Assembly (NCBI RefSeq): GCF_009914755.1
Contig: NC_060927.1
Strand: one strand, 5' to 3'
DNA: 64,000 bases
Origin: the human T2T-CHM13v2.0 reference genome, Homo sapiens
The notes beneath the pieces were generated by a model. That model did no database searches and had not been told where the DNA came from. It worked only from the letters and a program-made list of their open reading frames with translations. A program made the position numbers and the translations under genes. Shown piece by piece: positions 12,998 through 25,091 of this stretch (its first letter is position 1; every line of letters begins with the position of its first letter).

Positions 12998-13500
12998 TTC
13001 TACCTCTGGCCCCTCCCAAATCTCATGTGCTTCTTACATTGCTAACTACAATTATTCCATCTCAACAGTCCCCAAGTTTTAACTCATTTCAGCATTAACT
13101 CAGAAGTCCACAGTCCAGTCTCATCTAAGACAAGTTAAGTCCCTTCCACCTGTGATCCTGTAAAATCAAAAACAAGTTAGTTACTTCTAAGATACAATGG
13201 GTGTACAGGAATTGGGTAAATGTCCCCATTCCAAATGGGAGAAATTGGACAAAACAAAGGGGCTACAGACCCCATGCAAGTTTAAAAATCAGCATTGTGG
13301 TCATTAAATCTTAAAGCTCCAAAATAACCTACTCTGACTCCATGTCTCACATCCAGGGCATGATGATACAAGGGGTGGGCTCCCAAAGCTTTGGAGAGCT
13401 CTGCCCCTGTGTCTCTGTAGGGTACAGCCCCTGTGGCTGCTTTCATAGGCTGGCATTGAGTGCCTGCAGCTTTTCCAGATGCACAGTGCAAGCTGTGGAC
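12998..13500 (-). mobile_element. MST-int internal fragment, truncated
   Basis: Homologous to the THE1-int at 59473 onward (GGCCCCTCCCAAATCTCATG...GCACAGTGCAAGCTGT); stops abruptly. Confidence 0.85.
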
Positions 13501-13652
13501 TCAGTACAGGTTGTCTGCAGTACCAACTTGTTTGAGATAAGATTCCTTAAGACAACTCTCCAGTCTTTCCACCTCTGTAGGAATTGGTTCTGGAGTGCGT
13601 TGTTTGTTTTGAATTTGTGTGTGTTTGTGTTACTTTGTTTCCCCTCCCGAAA

Positions 13653-15132
13653 ATGGATGGCTCAGTTTCTATTCTATCTAAGAGGACTTTGGGTTGTATT
13701 TTGGTTTATTGGAAAGCTTATAGCTATGAACCCATGAAAAAAAAAGAAAATAAATTTTTATTGCAACACTGTCTGGCTTATGTATGTGTTACAATCTGAA
13801 GACTGATGGCAGTGAATGAGTCTTTACATTACTATACTATATACTATTACAATTTATATTGTTTTTCCAAGGGTCTGGAAAATGGGATAAAATACCATAT
13901 GTTTGAGCCTTTATATTACATGACAAAGACTTGGTTCATGACAGGGCCTAAGTTAATGATGTAGAGAAGCCAAAATAAAAATCCCTTCCTAGCTAGTAAA
14001 ACCCAAGAAAAAAGGATAATGATAATACACGTCCCATAAATGTTTTAAATTCCCTTCTCCCTGTGGCACTGGGAGCAATGTCTCCCCAAGAGCCACCAAA
14101 CATAGCCCAGGACTCAGAGGGTGTTGGAGTGTCAGCTATACCTCAACATAATTACGGTATATGAATGGTCTCCCCATCTAAGACTCAGTAGGGTACACAA
14201 TTTGGCCAGAGGACTACCATGCCTAAGGAAGGGCAATTTCTTTTAAGACAATATCCTGTCAGTGGATTAAATCATTAGGGACAACCAGACAGATACTACT
14301 AAACTTCCCACCTGTTTTCAACATCTAATCTATTAAATTGAAAAAGCACCAATCCCCCTTATATACATGGCCCACAGAAAATGGACAATCTTTTTACTTC
14401 TATTTTTGCAACTCATCAACCTACATACATAGATATACAAGCCCTCCTAAATATTCTCCTGACTACAGATGAGAGAAGGCTAGTACTGGATAAAGCCAAT
14501 AAGGAGACATGGTGCCTCCATCAAGAAGAACCAAATAGAACCCTCAATCCTCCAGGGCTGTTCCATTTGTGGACCTTAATTGGGACCCCAGTAATGGAGG
14601 GATGGCCTGATTAGACCATAAATAAATGTGTCTTACTGGGGCTGAAAAAAAAGGGGGTGCCCAAACAGAAAAGCCTAGATAAGGTCCAAGAAATTCTCCA
14701 AAATGCAAATGAGGACCCCTCTGAATTTCTGGAGTTCATTTATCAGGCTTACTACAAATATACATATGCTGATACAGAAGCCCTTGAGAACATAAGAATG
14801 GTAAATATGACTTTTATTCAGCAATTTCCTCCTGATATCTTAAAAATTTACAAAAACTAAATGGGGCAGTTGGCATGAATCTCTCCAAATTTGTGGATAT
14901 AGCCTTCAGAGTACATAATGACAGGGAGGCCAGAAAATTGAAACAAGCCACCATATGTATAGAAACAATGGAAAACAGTTTATTTCCAAGAAGAAGAAAC
15001 CAGGCACAGGGAAATAACAAAAAGGGATCTCTCTCTAAAAATCAATGTGCTTATAGCAAGGAAGAAGGTCACTGGAGATCTGAGTGCACAAAATTAAAAA
15101 GAAAAAACAGAATCCAAGAAAAAGAATATTAA
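13653..15132 (+). pseudogene. gag: ERV1 gag remnant
   Basis: MA-like MDGSVSI..LGCILVYW; CA SIFATHQPTYIDIQALLNILLTTDERRLVL; MHR KVQEILQNANEDPSEFLEFIYQAY; NC knuckle CAYSKEEGHWRSEC; multiple stops and frameshifts. Confidence 0.9.
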
Positions 15133-15759
15133 AAAAAGAGAATACACACAAACAGAAAACAGAATAAGACTGTGATACAGACAATAAATGAAGAGGCCTA
15201 GGAGTCCCCCTCAACTCTACAGAGCTAATTGTAATTTCTCCACAGGAGTCCCAGTTACAATTGACAGTGAACAAATTAGTTGACTTTCTAATAGATACTG
15301 GTGTGACTTACTTGTTTTTAAACACCAGAGTAAAAAATTAAAAAGAAAACAATGCCCACTACAGGAGTTATAGAAAGTCCAACAAAAAAACCTTTTGTCC
15401 AGCTATTGGAATGTCAATTGGAAGATGAAAAACTGCAGCATAATTTTCTTTATATGCCAGAAAGTTTGATTCCATTGTTAAGATGGGATCTGCTCTGCAC
15501 ACTAAATGCTCAAGTGACCTTTACCCATAAGAAGTAGATTCATGTTTAAGTGCCACCAGAATAGGCACTGTCACTGCAGAGGTTGGTTTTTGCTTGTCCA
15601 TCCATCACAATTAAAATAATTACTTCTTCCAGAGATCTATTGAAAGTGTGAGTAAAATGGTCTGGGTGGATGAAAAGCCCAGGTAAGCTCTGAATGTACA
15701 ACCACTGGTTATAGAAGTAAAGAAAGGGGCAGAAATGCCTCATAATAAACAATATCCCA

Positions 15760-15868
15760 GCCAGGCACAGTGGCTCAAGCCTGCAATCCCAACACTTTGG
15801 GAGGCCGAGGTGGGTGGATAGCTTGAGGTCAGGAGTTTGAGACCAGCTTGGCCAACATGGTAAAACCA
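15760..15868 (+). mobile_element. Alu left-arm fragment inserted in the ERV pol
   Basis: GCCAGGCACAGTGGCTC...GGCCAACATGGTAAAACC; flanks AATATCC / AATATTCC interrupt KQYPLKK. Confidence 0.9.
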
Positions 15869-16045
15869 TAAAGGAAAGAAAGAAGGAAAGGAAGGAAGGA
15901 AGGAAAGAAGGAAGGAAGGGAGGGAGGGAGGGAGGAAGGAAGGAAGGAAGGAAGGAAGGAAGGAAGGAAGGAAGGAAGGAAGGAAGGAAGGAAGGAAGGG
16001 AAAGGAAGGAAGGAAGGGAAAGGAAGGAAGGAAGGAAGGAAGGAA
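15869..16045 (+). repeat. (GGAA)n/(GGGA)n microsatellite
   Basis: 16 uninterrupted GGAA units at 15934-15997 plus degenerate flanks. Confidence 0.98.
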
Positions 16046-18794
16046 TATTCCTTAAAAAAGGAAGGATTAGAAGAAATACATCCTGTACTGCACAGGTTTT
16101 TGGACTATGGATTAATTTGGCCTTGTAGGTCCTCTTACAGCATGCCCATCCTACCAATTAAGAAACCATATTCAAAGGAATATCACTTCATTCAAGACTT
16201 GAGGGCAGCTAATAACATCGTTCAGGGTATTCACCCGACAGTGCCAAATCCATACATTCTTTTGATGGCTAAACTGGGTGATTATAATTGGTTTCAGTTC
16301 AGGATGTAAAAGACACTTTCATTTGTATTCTAATAGAATAGAAGGCTCAACTATTATTTGCCTTTGAATGGCAGGATCCAGAGACAAAAATCACCCTTCA
16401 ATATTGTTGAACTGTTTTTGTCACAAGGATTTAAAAATTCTTCGACCATTTTCAATGAAATCCTATCCAAAGATTTAAGACATTTGCAATTGATTAATAA
16501 AATTTTATTACAATGCTTCATGAACTGTTAATAGCTAGTACAATTTATAAGTATCTGACAAACACCATCTAAGTATGAAATTATTTAGCACATGGTGGAT
16601 ATGAAGTGTCCCTACAAAAGGCTCAAATTTGCAAAGAACAAGTGACTTACCTTGGGTTCCAATTAAAACCAGGAACTCAAAGCCTAATGGCTGATGTGAA
16701 AAATACTATTGTGTTCTTGAAGAGACCAGGAAACAGGAGACTGTTACAGGGTTTCCTAGGGATGACAGGCTATTGTTGAATTTGAATTCCGAATTTCAAT
16801 TAATGGAAAATTGCTCTATGAGGCTTTGAAGTGGTCCAATATTGAACTCCTCCTTTGGACAACTAAATGTGAACAGGCTTTTGACACGATCAAAGAAATT
16901 TGATGATGGATCTAGTTTTGGGCCTCCTGAACTCTTAGAAACCTTTAAAATTGTATGTACATGGAGAACAGGGCATAGGGCTGGGAATGCTTGTTCAGAT
17001 GCTCAGAAGTATCCCCCAGGCCACAGCCTATTTCAACAAGCAACTAGAACACACTACAAAAGGATGACTCCCCATGCCTCCAAGCAGTGGCAGCTACCTG
17101 CGACATTCTAAAAGCTGAAAAACTCACTGTGGGGCAATCCATAACTATTTTCATGTGACATCAAGTACTGACTTTGTTCAAAAAAAAAAGAGACTATTGG
17201 CTTACAGGGGGGCACATGGACAACTACCAAGGCATATTATTAGATAATCCTAATGTCAAGTTGCAAACCACTGTAATACTTAAACTGGTCACCCTACTCT
17301 CAATACCTGAGAATGATACAGGGATCAAACATAATTATGTAGAGATCCTTGACTCAGTTTATTCAAGCAGACTTGGCCTGATAGACCACCTCTTATTACA
17401 ACTGGACTGGTAAATATTTAAGGATGGCAGCAGCTTTATGGGAAATGGACAGCATTGAGCTTGGTATGCTGTAGTAACCTTAAATGAAGTAATAGAAGCC
17501 CATGTCCTTCCTACCTCACCTCAGCCCAGAAGGCTGTGCTGATCCTCCTCACACAGGCATTAGAACTCTAAAAAGGCAAGAAAACTAACATCTATACAGA
17601 CTCCAAATATGCCTTTATGATAGTTTGTGCACACAGAGCTATTTGGAGAGACAGAGAGAGAGAGAGCTATTTACCTCCAATAATAAAAACAGCAAATACT
17701 GGAAAGAAATCCTCACCTTGTTACAGGTAGTAGCACTTCCAACTGAGGATGCTATTATGCCTTCTAGGGGTTCTAATATCTTATTTGTACTCATCTGAGT
17801 TTAAACCCCATTATACTAAGCAAGACAAAAAACAAACAGGAGAATGGCATTTCACTAATACTGATTCTGATGTCCTATGGAAAAGTAATGATCATAGGAG
17901 GATATTACCCCCTGAGGCTTTAGTGTGTCCAGTCCTTAAACATTTGATAAAGGGCCTATCTTAAAGGGTCCCACCTACAGAAAACCATTCGAAATATTAC
18001 TCAAAGCTGTTAGCTCTGTAACAAAAATAACCCAAAGACCAGTTGACATTCTCCCAAGAAAGAGAATGTGACCATTTGAAGACTGGAAAGTTGACTTCAC
18101 TCAGATGCCTAGAAAAGCTGGAAATTATAAATTCCTGTTAGTATTTGTAGCTAACTTTTCCAGATGGGTTGAAGCTTATCCAACCAGATCCAGAAAAAAA
18201 GCCACTGAAGTGGCCAAAGCTCTGTTAAAGAAAATAATCCCTCATTTTGGGCCCCCCTGCTCTATACAGAGTGATAATGAATCTTCTTTTGTTTCTGAGA
18301 TTATATAAAAAGTAAGTGAAACATTACAGATTGATTGGAAGCTAACACTCATTATGAAGACCACAATCAGCAGGGAAAACAGAAAAGATGAATCACATGC
18401 AAAAAAAGACCTTGGCAAAACTCTGCCAAGAAACACATTTAAAGTGGGATACCTCAGATCAGAGTAGCACCCTGAAATGGGCTTAGGTTGAGTCCTTTTG
18501 AAGTTGTATATGGGATATCTTTCCAAACTTCCCCGCCAGGAATCCCACCCTTAGATTTAAGAAATGAGTAAAAAATTAAACAATATATACAACATTTAGG
18601 ACAAGTATTAACAATTATACATCACTTTGCTCTTTCCAGGCAGGATACATTTGCCTGGAATGTATTTCCCTTGTAAAAAGAGCCCCTGCCAGAAAAAGAA
18701 ACAAGCACCGCAGAGGACCCAGCTTCAGGCGGCACCTGGAATTGTGAACCTTTAGAAGACCTAAAACATTTATTTATAAGAGCAGATAAGTAGC

Positions 18795-20110
18795 ACCATT
18801 TACACTTTTTCTACTATTATTCAATATCCCACCCATAACTGCATGGCAAAATAATGTTTTATCATGAATTACCCAAGATACAGCTGCATCAATCAGTAAG
18901 ACAGAATGTTGGGTCTGGCACCCAAAGCCACAATCCACACAAGATTACGGAGACCCTTTTGTACTTACAGTGTATGGCTTTAACTAGGTCCCTCCTTGTC
19001 AACTGAGGGATTCAAATCAGGCTTTTCAAGTTGTATATTGAATGAGGATTATAAATTTGGCTTATGAGAATTGGCTGGCCCTATGAGAACTGGCCGGCCC
19101 CATGTTTAGCCATCCCCATACAGCCTATTATGGTGTCACACTTTCCTACTTATAACTACCTGACAGCTTCTGTGAATACAATTTTGCCTGTATGTAATCA
19201 GACAGCATATGAAAAGAAGGTAATGCTAATCTAACACGGCTAAGAAAAATTGCTTTACTAATTAGTAGAAGATTTTCCCATAAAATGGAATGTTCCCCTG
19301 AGGAGTACATATTTGTTTGCAGGCAAAAAGGGCTAGTCTTAGGCATTTCATTGTTTATGGAATGACATCCAAGTAGGTCAACGCTTGTTAGGTTCCCTCA
19401 TAATTCCATTAACCTTACATCCTGCAAATGATACAAAACTCTGGACTAGCTCATTAAAGCTTTTCACTGGAGTTGTTCATGATTTATCTGGGGGAACCAC
19501 AGACAAGGATGAATATTTCTTTAGATTCTCTTTACTTCCATGGTAGTGGTTCAACAACATGTATTAAGAAACCTTTCCAAAGCCCTTATTGTAATAGCTA
19601 ATGAGACTACCAGCTTGCTTCCAGAATAGCAAAAATCACCTTAGCAAGAGTAATTCTAGATAATATAATAGCTTTGGATTCTATTTTAGCTGAGCAAGGA
19701 GGCATTTGTGTAGCAATTAATTCCTAGTTTTGCTCTTATATCAACACTTCCTCACAAGTAGAAACCAGCATTGACCAGATTAGACAACAAGCCACAAAGC
19801 TTCAGCAAATCTTATATCATTATGCCCTCTGCTTCAGGAAGCAGAGGAGTGATTTTCTAGCCTGTTTTCCTGGGTACCTTCTGGAATCGAATCTCTACTA
19901 ACAGGAATAATAAAATTAGGGTTAACTATACTAATTATCCTTGAAATCTACCACTGGTTCAAACTAGTCATGATCTGTATTCAGAAAACATAAACAAATT
20001 TCAAAAACCACTTATAAACAATTGCCCTTAATCCCTCCACTCCTCAAAAGGGGGACTCAAAGTTATGTGCTCCATTATGCCAAGCTTTTTCATTCCAAAG
20101 TCTTCAATCA
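18795..20110 (+). pseudogene. env: ERV1 env remnant
   Basis: SU CWV(W) motif ~18907; TM immunosuppressive domain LARVILDNIIALDSILAEQGGICVAINS*FCSYINTS at 19641-19750; hydrophobic TM segment ~19900-19980. Confidence 0.85.
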
Positions 20111-20196
20111 ATACCTCATTCAGCAGGAAGCAGCCAGACTAGAGTTGACATCCCTTTCTCCATAGAAACGGAATAAAAAATTAATAGTGGGGAATT

Positions 20197-20646
20197 TGTA
20201 ACCAAAGCAGTCACTTCATTTTGGAACCAAATAGCCATTCTGTCTTTTACAATGCCTAACTGTGTGCTTGCTTAGAAATTCCAGGAACTTACCTCAAGAT
20301 GAAACCAAAGTTGTGAAAAGACCCCTTGGAAAAAATGCTGAGCAGTTAATCTTCAATCCTATGCAGTTTAGATGACACCAGCCAGACACTGGACTGCCCA
20401 TTACTCAAGATAATCATTGGAACAAGACATGCTGAACTGTGTGTATCTAACTCCTACACATAGATTCCCAAGCTTCTTGCGCTTTAAAATACCTTCTGCC
20501 AGGCTGAGAAACTTGAGATGGTCTTTGTGACATTAGTCTGCCATCCTCTTGGGTTGTCAGTGCTTAACATGCTTTTCGTCTCACCAACCTTTTTCTATCC
20601 AGTCTGGCTTTTGAGCAGTGAGCAGCCCAACCTGAGTTTTGCTGCA
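20197..20646 (+). mobile_element. 3' LTR of the ERV1 provirus (family unverified; MER84/MER89-like)
   Basis: Purine tract AATAGTGGGGAA then TGTAACC...GAGCAGCCCAACCTGAGTTTTGCTGCA. Confidence 0.75.
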
Positions 20647-21189
20647 TTGTTAAAGTTACCATTTATAATAGTATTATAATTATGATATCGATAGGACCCA
20701 GATGATCTTATCATCTCAGATGATGGTTTAATATGTTATATTTATATAATATATAAATTATATATATACATATACATACAAACATATGTATTCACATATA
20801 ATCAGTAATATTGAGAGCCAAGTATCTATAAAAAACTTCTCCCTAAAAATTATTTCTTAAATGTATTGCATAAAATATATTTGAAGATAAAAACTTCATG
20901 GAAGCCTCATGAAGAAAACAAATGGTAGAGAAATATCAAGTAAAATCTTCATGAAAGTGGAAATCCAAAAACTTAAGCATAGTACTAGAGGGCTTTTGCC
21001 CTAGGGACATTTGCTAAATCGTGGGAACTGATATGTGATTTTTATAGATTCGCGAAAAACAAGACACAATAAAGCAATTGCCCAGGTCTGCTCAAGATTG
21101 AAATATAAGAGGCCTTACCTACCCTCCTGCCCTCAAATACAGCCTGGAACCCAAAGGGCTACATTCTCATACAGATAAGCTCAAAATAA

Positions 21190-21500
21190 ATGTCATTATG
21201 CTAAGTGAAATAAGACAGAGAAAAACAAATAAATACTGCATGATACCACTTATGTGTAGAATCTAAAATATTCAAACTCATGGAAGCAGAGTAGAATAGC
21301 GGTTTTCAGGAGCTAGCAGGAGGGAGAATGATGAGGTGACTGTCAAATGGTACAAAGTTTCAGTAGTGTAAGATAAATTAGTCCTGGAGATCTACTGTGT
21401 AGCATAGTGCCTTTAGCTGACAGTTCTATATTGTGTACAGAAAACTGGTAAGCTCTTACATTAAGTGTTCTTACCACATACACATAAAATAACAATAATG
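21190..21500 (+). mobile_element. L1MA-type 3' end
   Basis: CATTATGCTAAGTGAAATAAG...GGAGATCTACTGTGTAGCATAGTG...GTTCTTACCACA. Confidence 0.75.
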
Positions 21501-21979
21501 ATAATAAGTCCAAATTTATGCTATTAGGGAGAAGCTACAAAACAATATCAGACTGTGAATTTAGTCTAAATTGATCCCGATTTCTACGTAACTAGGCATT
21601 TAACACAACCAAGTTCAAAACTCTGGAAAAACAATGTGTTCAACAAATTTCATACAAACTAGCGGGGGATAAAACTGTGAGAAGATACATCAGAGCAAAA
21701 GAAAAATGGCTTATATTCTAAAAGGCCAACAGAGTGAGAGGTGATGATGACTCAATAGTAACACTAGTAAGTGTCAGTATTGAAAATTCTCCCAAAGGAA
21801 AATGTTATTCAAGGATGAAGATAAGATCAGTTTGAGGCATATTGGTGCTAGTAAAGGCATAGTTGCTTAATTTTCCTGAATTTCATTTGTTTAAGAAAAA
21901 CAGAAAAGCAATGAGGATAACAACAGAAAACTCTTGGACAATAACTTCAGCAATATTGCAGCAAAACAAAATGCCAAGC

Positions 21980-23500
21980 CTGAACAGGCTGTATACAAAG
22001 GTGAATATTCAATGACCAAGAAACATAAGGAAATATGCTTACAGGGAAGTACAAATTAAAACTACTACATTCCAATAAGAATTACTAGAATGAAGGAAAA
22101 ATACCAAATATTGGTGATCATGTGAAGTGGCAGGAATGCTCCTTTGCTGCTATTAGAAAGGTAAATTTGTGCAATCTCTTTGAAAAACTGTGTGACAGTA
22201 ACAACCAAAGCTGAACACAACATTTAACTCATCATTGTGTACATACACAAAACAAAAGCAATAAAACAGAAACAATGCTTACATATATTCACCAAAAGAC
22301 ATATTCAAAAAATAAAGCCAAAAATTGGGAATTGTACAAATGTTCATCTTTGGTAGAATGGATAAACTGTCATACATTTCAAATATAATCCTATAGAGCA
22401 ATGCAAATGAACACAGTATAAATGCAAATGTGGAAGACATGATGTTAATCAAAATAAGTCAGACATCATGAGTACCTCGTTCATGATTTTACTTAAATAA
22501 AGTTTAAAAACAGTCAAAAAACTAATTTATGATGTTAGAAATCAGCTCGTTTCCTTTTGTAGAATTAGGGAAATATCTGGCTGCTGATTCTTAGTCTGAG
22601 TATTGATTTTGTAGATTTGTTCTGTTGGTAAACATTCATTACATTTGTGAGTTGCACTGCATTTTTTGTTTGTATGTGTGATTCAATAAAATTTTAAAAT
22701 AGTTAGATAGCAAGTTGACACTTTGAACTCTGAAATATAATTTCATGGAGCCAAAACACCAGGAGCAAGAAGATTTAGAAAATAATTTTAAAGATAACAT
22801 TTATAATAGGCTCAAGTTAAATTAAGTAATCAGCAATAAAGCTAAAATGTATATATATATATAAGACTTCCATAAAATAATTATAAAACTTCATATAAAG
22901 ACATTAAGAAACTACATAAATAAAGCTATAAGAAAATATTCATGGATCGGAAGACACACTTATAAACATGTAAATTATCCTTAAAACAATCTAAAGATTT
23001 TACAGTATCTCAAAAATATCCCATATTTTTAACAGTAGAGTTTGACAAATTCTAAAATTTAATTGGACACAAAAATGTCTAAGGATAGGTAGGATGGTCT
23101 TGGAAGAAGAAAAAGTCCTTAACTTTCTCTACTATGTAACACAATTATATTAATATCACTAATTACTATTATTACAAAAACAAGAAAAATCAATGGGACA
23201 GAATAAGTAGTCCAAAGATATATATATATATACACAAAACTGGAATTTCAGTAACAGAAACAAAGAAAAGGTTTTCAATAAATAGTATTGGAAAAGTTAA
23301 GGTGTCATAAGTGAAACAAAATGAATGTAAATTATCAAACCATATGAAAGAAACAAAATGGATTAAAACCCTAAAATGTGACCAAAGAAAACATATTGAA
23401 AAAAATAATAGGAGAAAACCTTCATGGCACTGAGGTTGCAAAAGATTTCTTAAACAACATAGAAGTATAAATGCAAATTTGGTTCAAAATAAAAGATTCT
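21980..23500 (+). mobile_element. Old L1M fragments (3' end and ORF2)
   Basis: Motifs such as AGGGAAGTACAAATTAAAACTAC, GTAGAATGGATAAACTG and ATTCATGGATCGGAAGAC. Confidence 0.65.
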
Positions 23501-24683
23501 TTTGAGTAAACTAATGAACATTTATATTTAATTTTATTTTAAACTGGCTTAAAAAATAATTTCAACTGTAGTTTAAATCTTAAATTCAAGATACAGTATT
23601 TTTAAAAGCTTTGAATAAAATAATCTGAAAAAGACAATGAATTTTTTCAACACCACTCTTCTCATTTTTGTTCAATGATTATTTTATTGAAATTGAATTT
23701 TAAAATTATTTTGCAATGGAACTTGCTGTCATATGGGAAGGGGAAAAGCTATGTATAAATCATATGCAGTTGATATTGGGAAAAGTGCCATTCTAAATAT
23801 GAAGTGAATACAGAATCATCTTCCCTTATATCTGGATATTCTAAACTTGGGAAATCAATATTGTTGATTGACCAATTTCTCAGATTGAATTTACTGAATA
23901 TGTCTTAAATCCACTTAAAATTTGGAAAATAAAATAATTTTAAGCATTAGTCATCACATTACATACAAATGAGGGAAATATTTAAAATATTAATACAAAA
24001 ATAAAAAACACGTTTAATTCAACCAAAGAAATTGATCTTATCTATTTTGATCTGATTTTACATAACATAGATATTATTATATATAGCATTCATTGTCACC
24101 TTTTTATCCCATCAACATCAGAATATTAAGCCAAAGAAGTCAGTTATGGAAGAATATATACAGTATGATCTGGTCATATGATTTCAAAACTAGACAAAAG
24201 TAAACAATACACAGCATATACCCACACATACACTTTCTCAGGTCATTTCAAATTCTTCTTAAACATTTTTGAGATCTACCTAAGATCTAATTAAATTAAT
24301 ACGCTAACTCTTGTTTTGCCACTTGCCTATTATTTCTTACTTTATAAACTATTTCTACAGTGAGCATATACATTTTTGTTCATAGCTATAACTTCTCAAG
24401 AAATGACATATAGAAAAAGAGAGTGTGTGTTTTTATTTTTACATTAATGATAACTTTTTGGTCACATTCTGGGGGTCACAAAATATTAAAGTTAGATCTC
24501 TGAAGATAGTGTTTTTTAATATCTGTATAGTTTTGCAAACAGGTCTTAGGAAAACCTCATATTTGAGCTCTGTGGCTACCCATTTTTTTCACTCTAACTG
24601 CTTCCAATTTCACAAAAATGTAAAATTTCTGTCTAATAGAGTTTTTTTTATAAAGGTACCTTTAGACAAAATACACATTCTGA

Positions 24684-25091
<408 letters not shown>

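Larger units (their letters stand above)
15190..18790 (+). pseudogene. pol: ERV1 pro-pol remnant (PR, RT, RNase H, IN)
   Basis: PR FLIDTG ~15285; RT LPIKKP..IQDLRA..HPTVPNPY and QGFKNS; RNase H FKDGSSF and NIYTDSKYAF; IN WKVDFTQMP..FSRWVEAYPT..SIQSDN; disrupted. Confidence 0.92.
13501..20646 (+). mobile_element. Decayed gammaretrovirus-like (ERV1) provirus lacking its 5' LTR
   Basis: gag, pro, pol and env motifs in order, then a polypurine tract and a 3' LTR. Confidence 0.92.

Noticed and set aside
15546-16157. Longest ORF (203 aa, minus strand, LPSF repeats)
   Set aside because: Translation of the (TTCC)n microsatellite plus antisense Alu; not a gene
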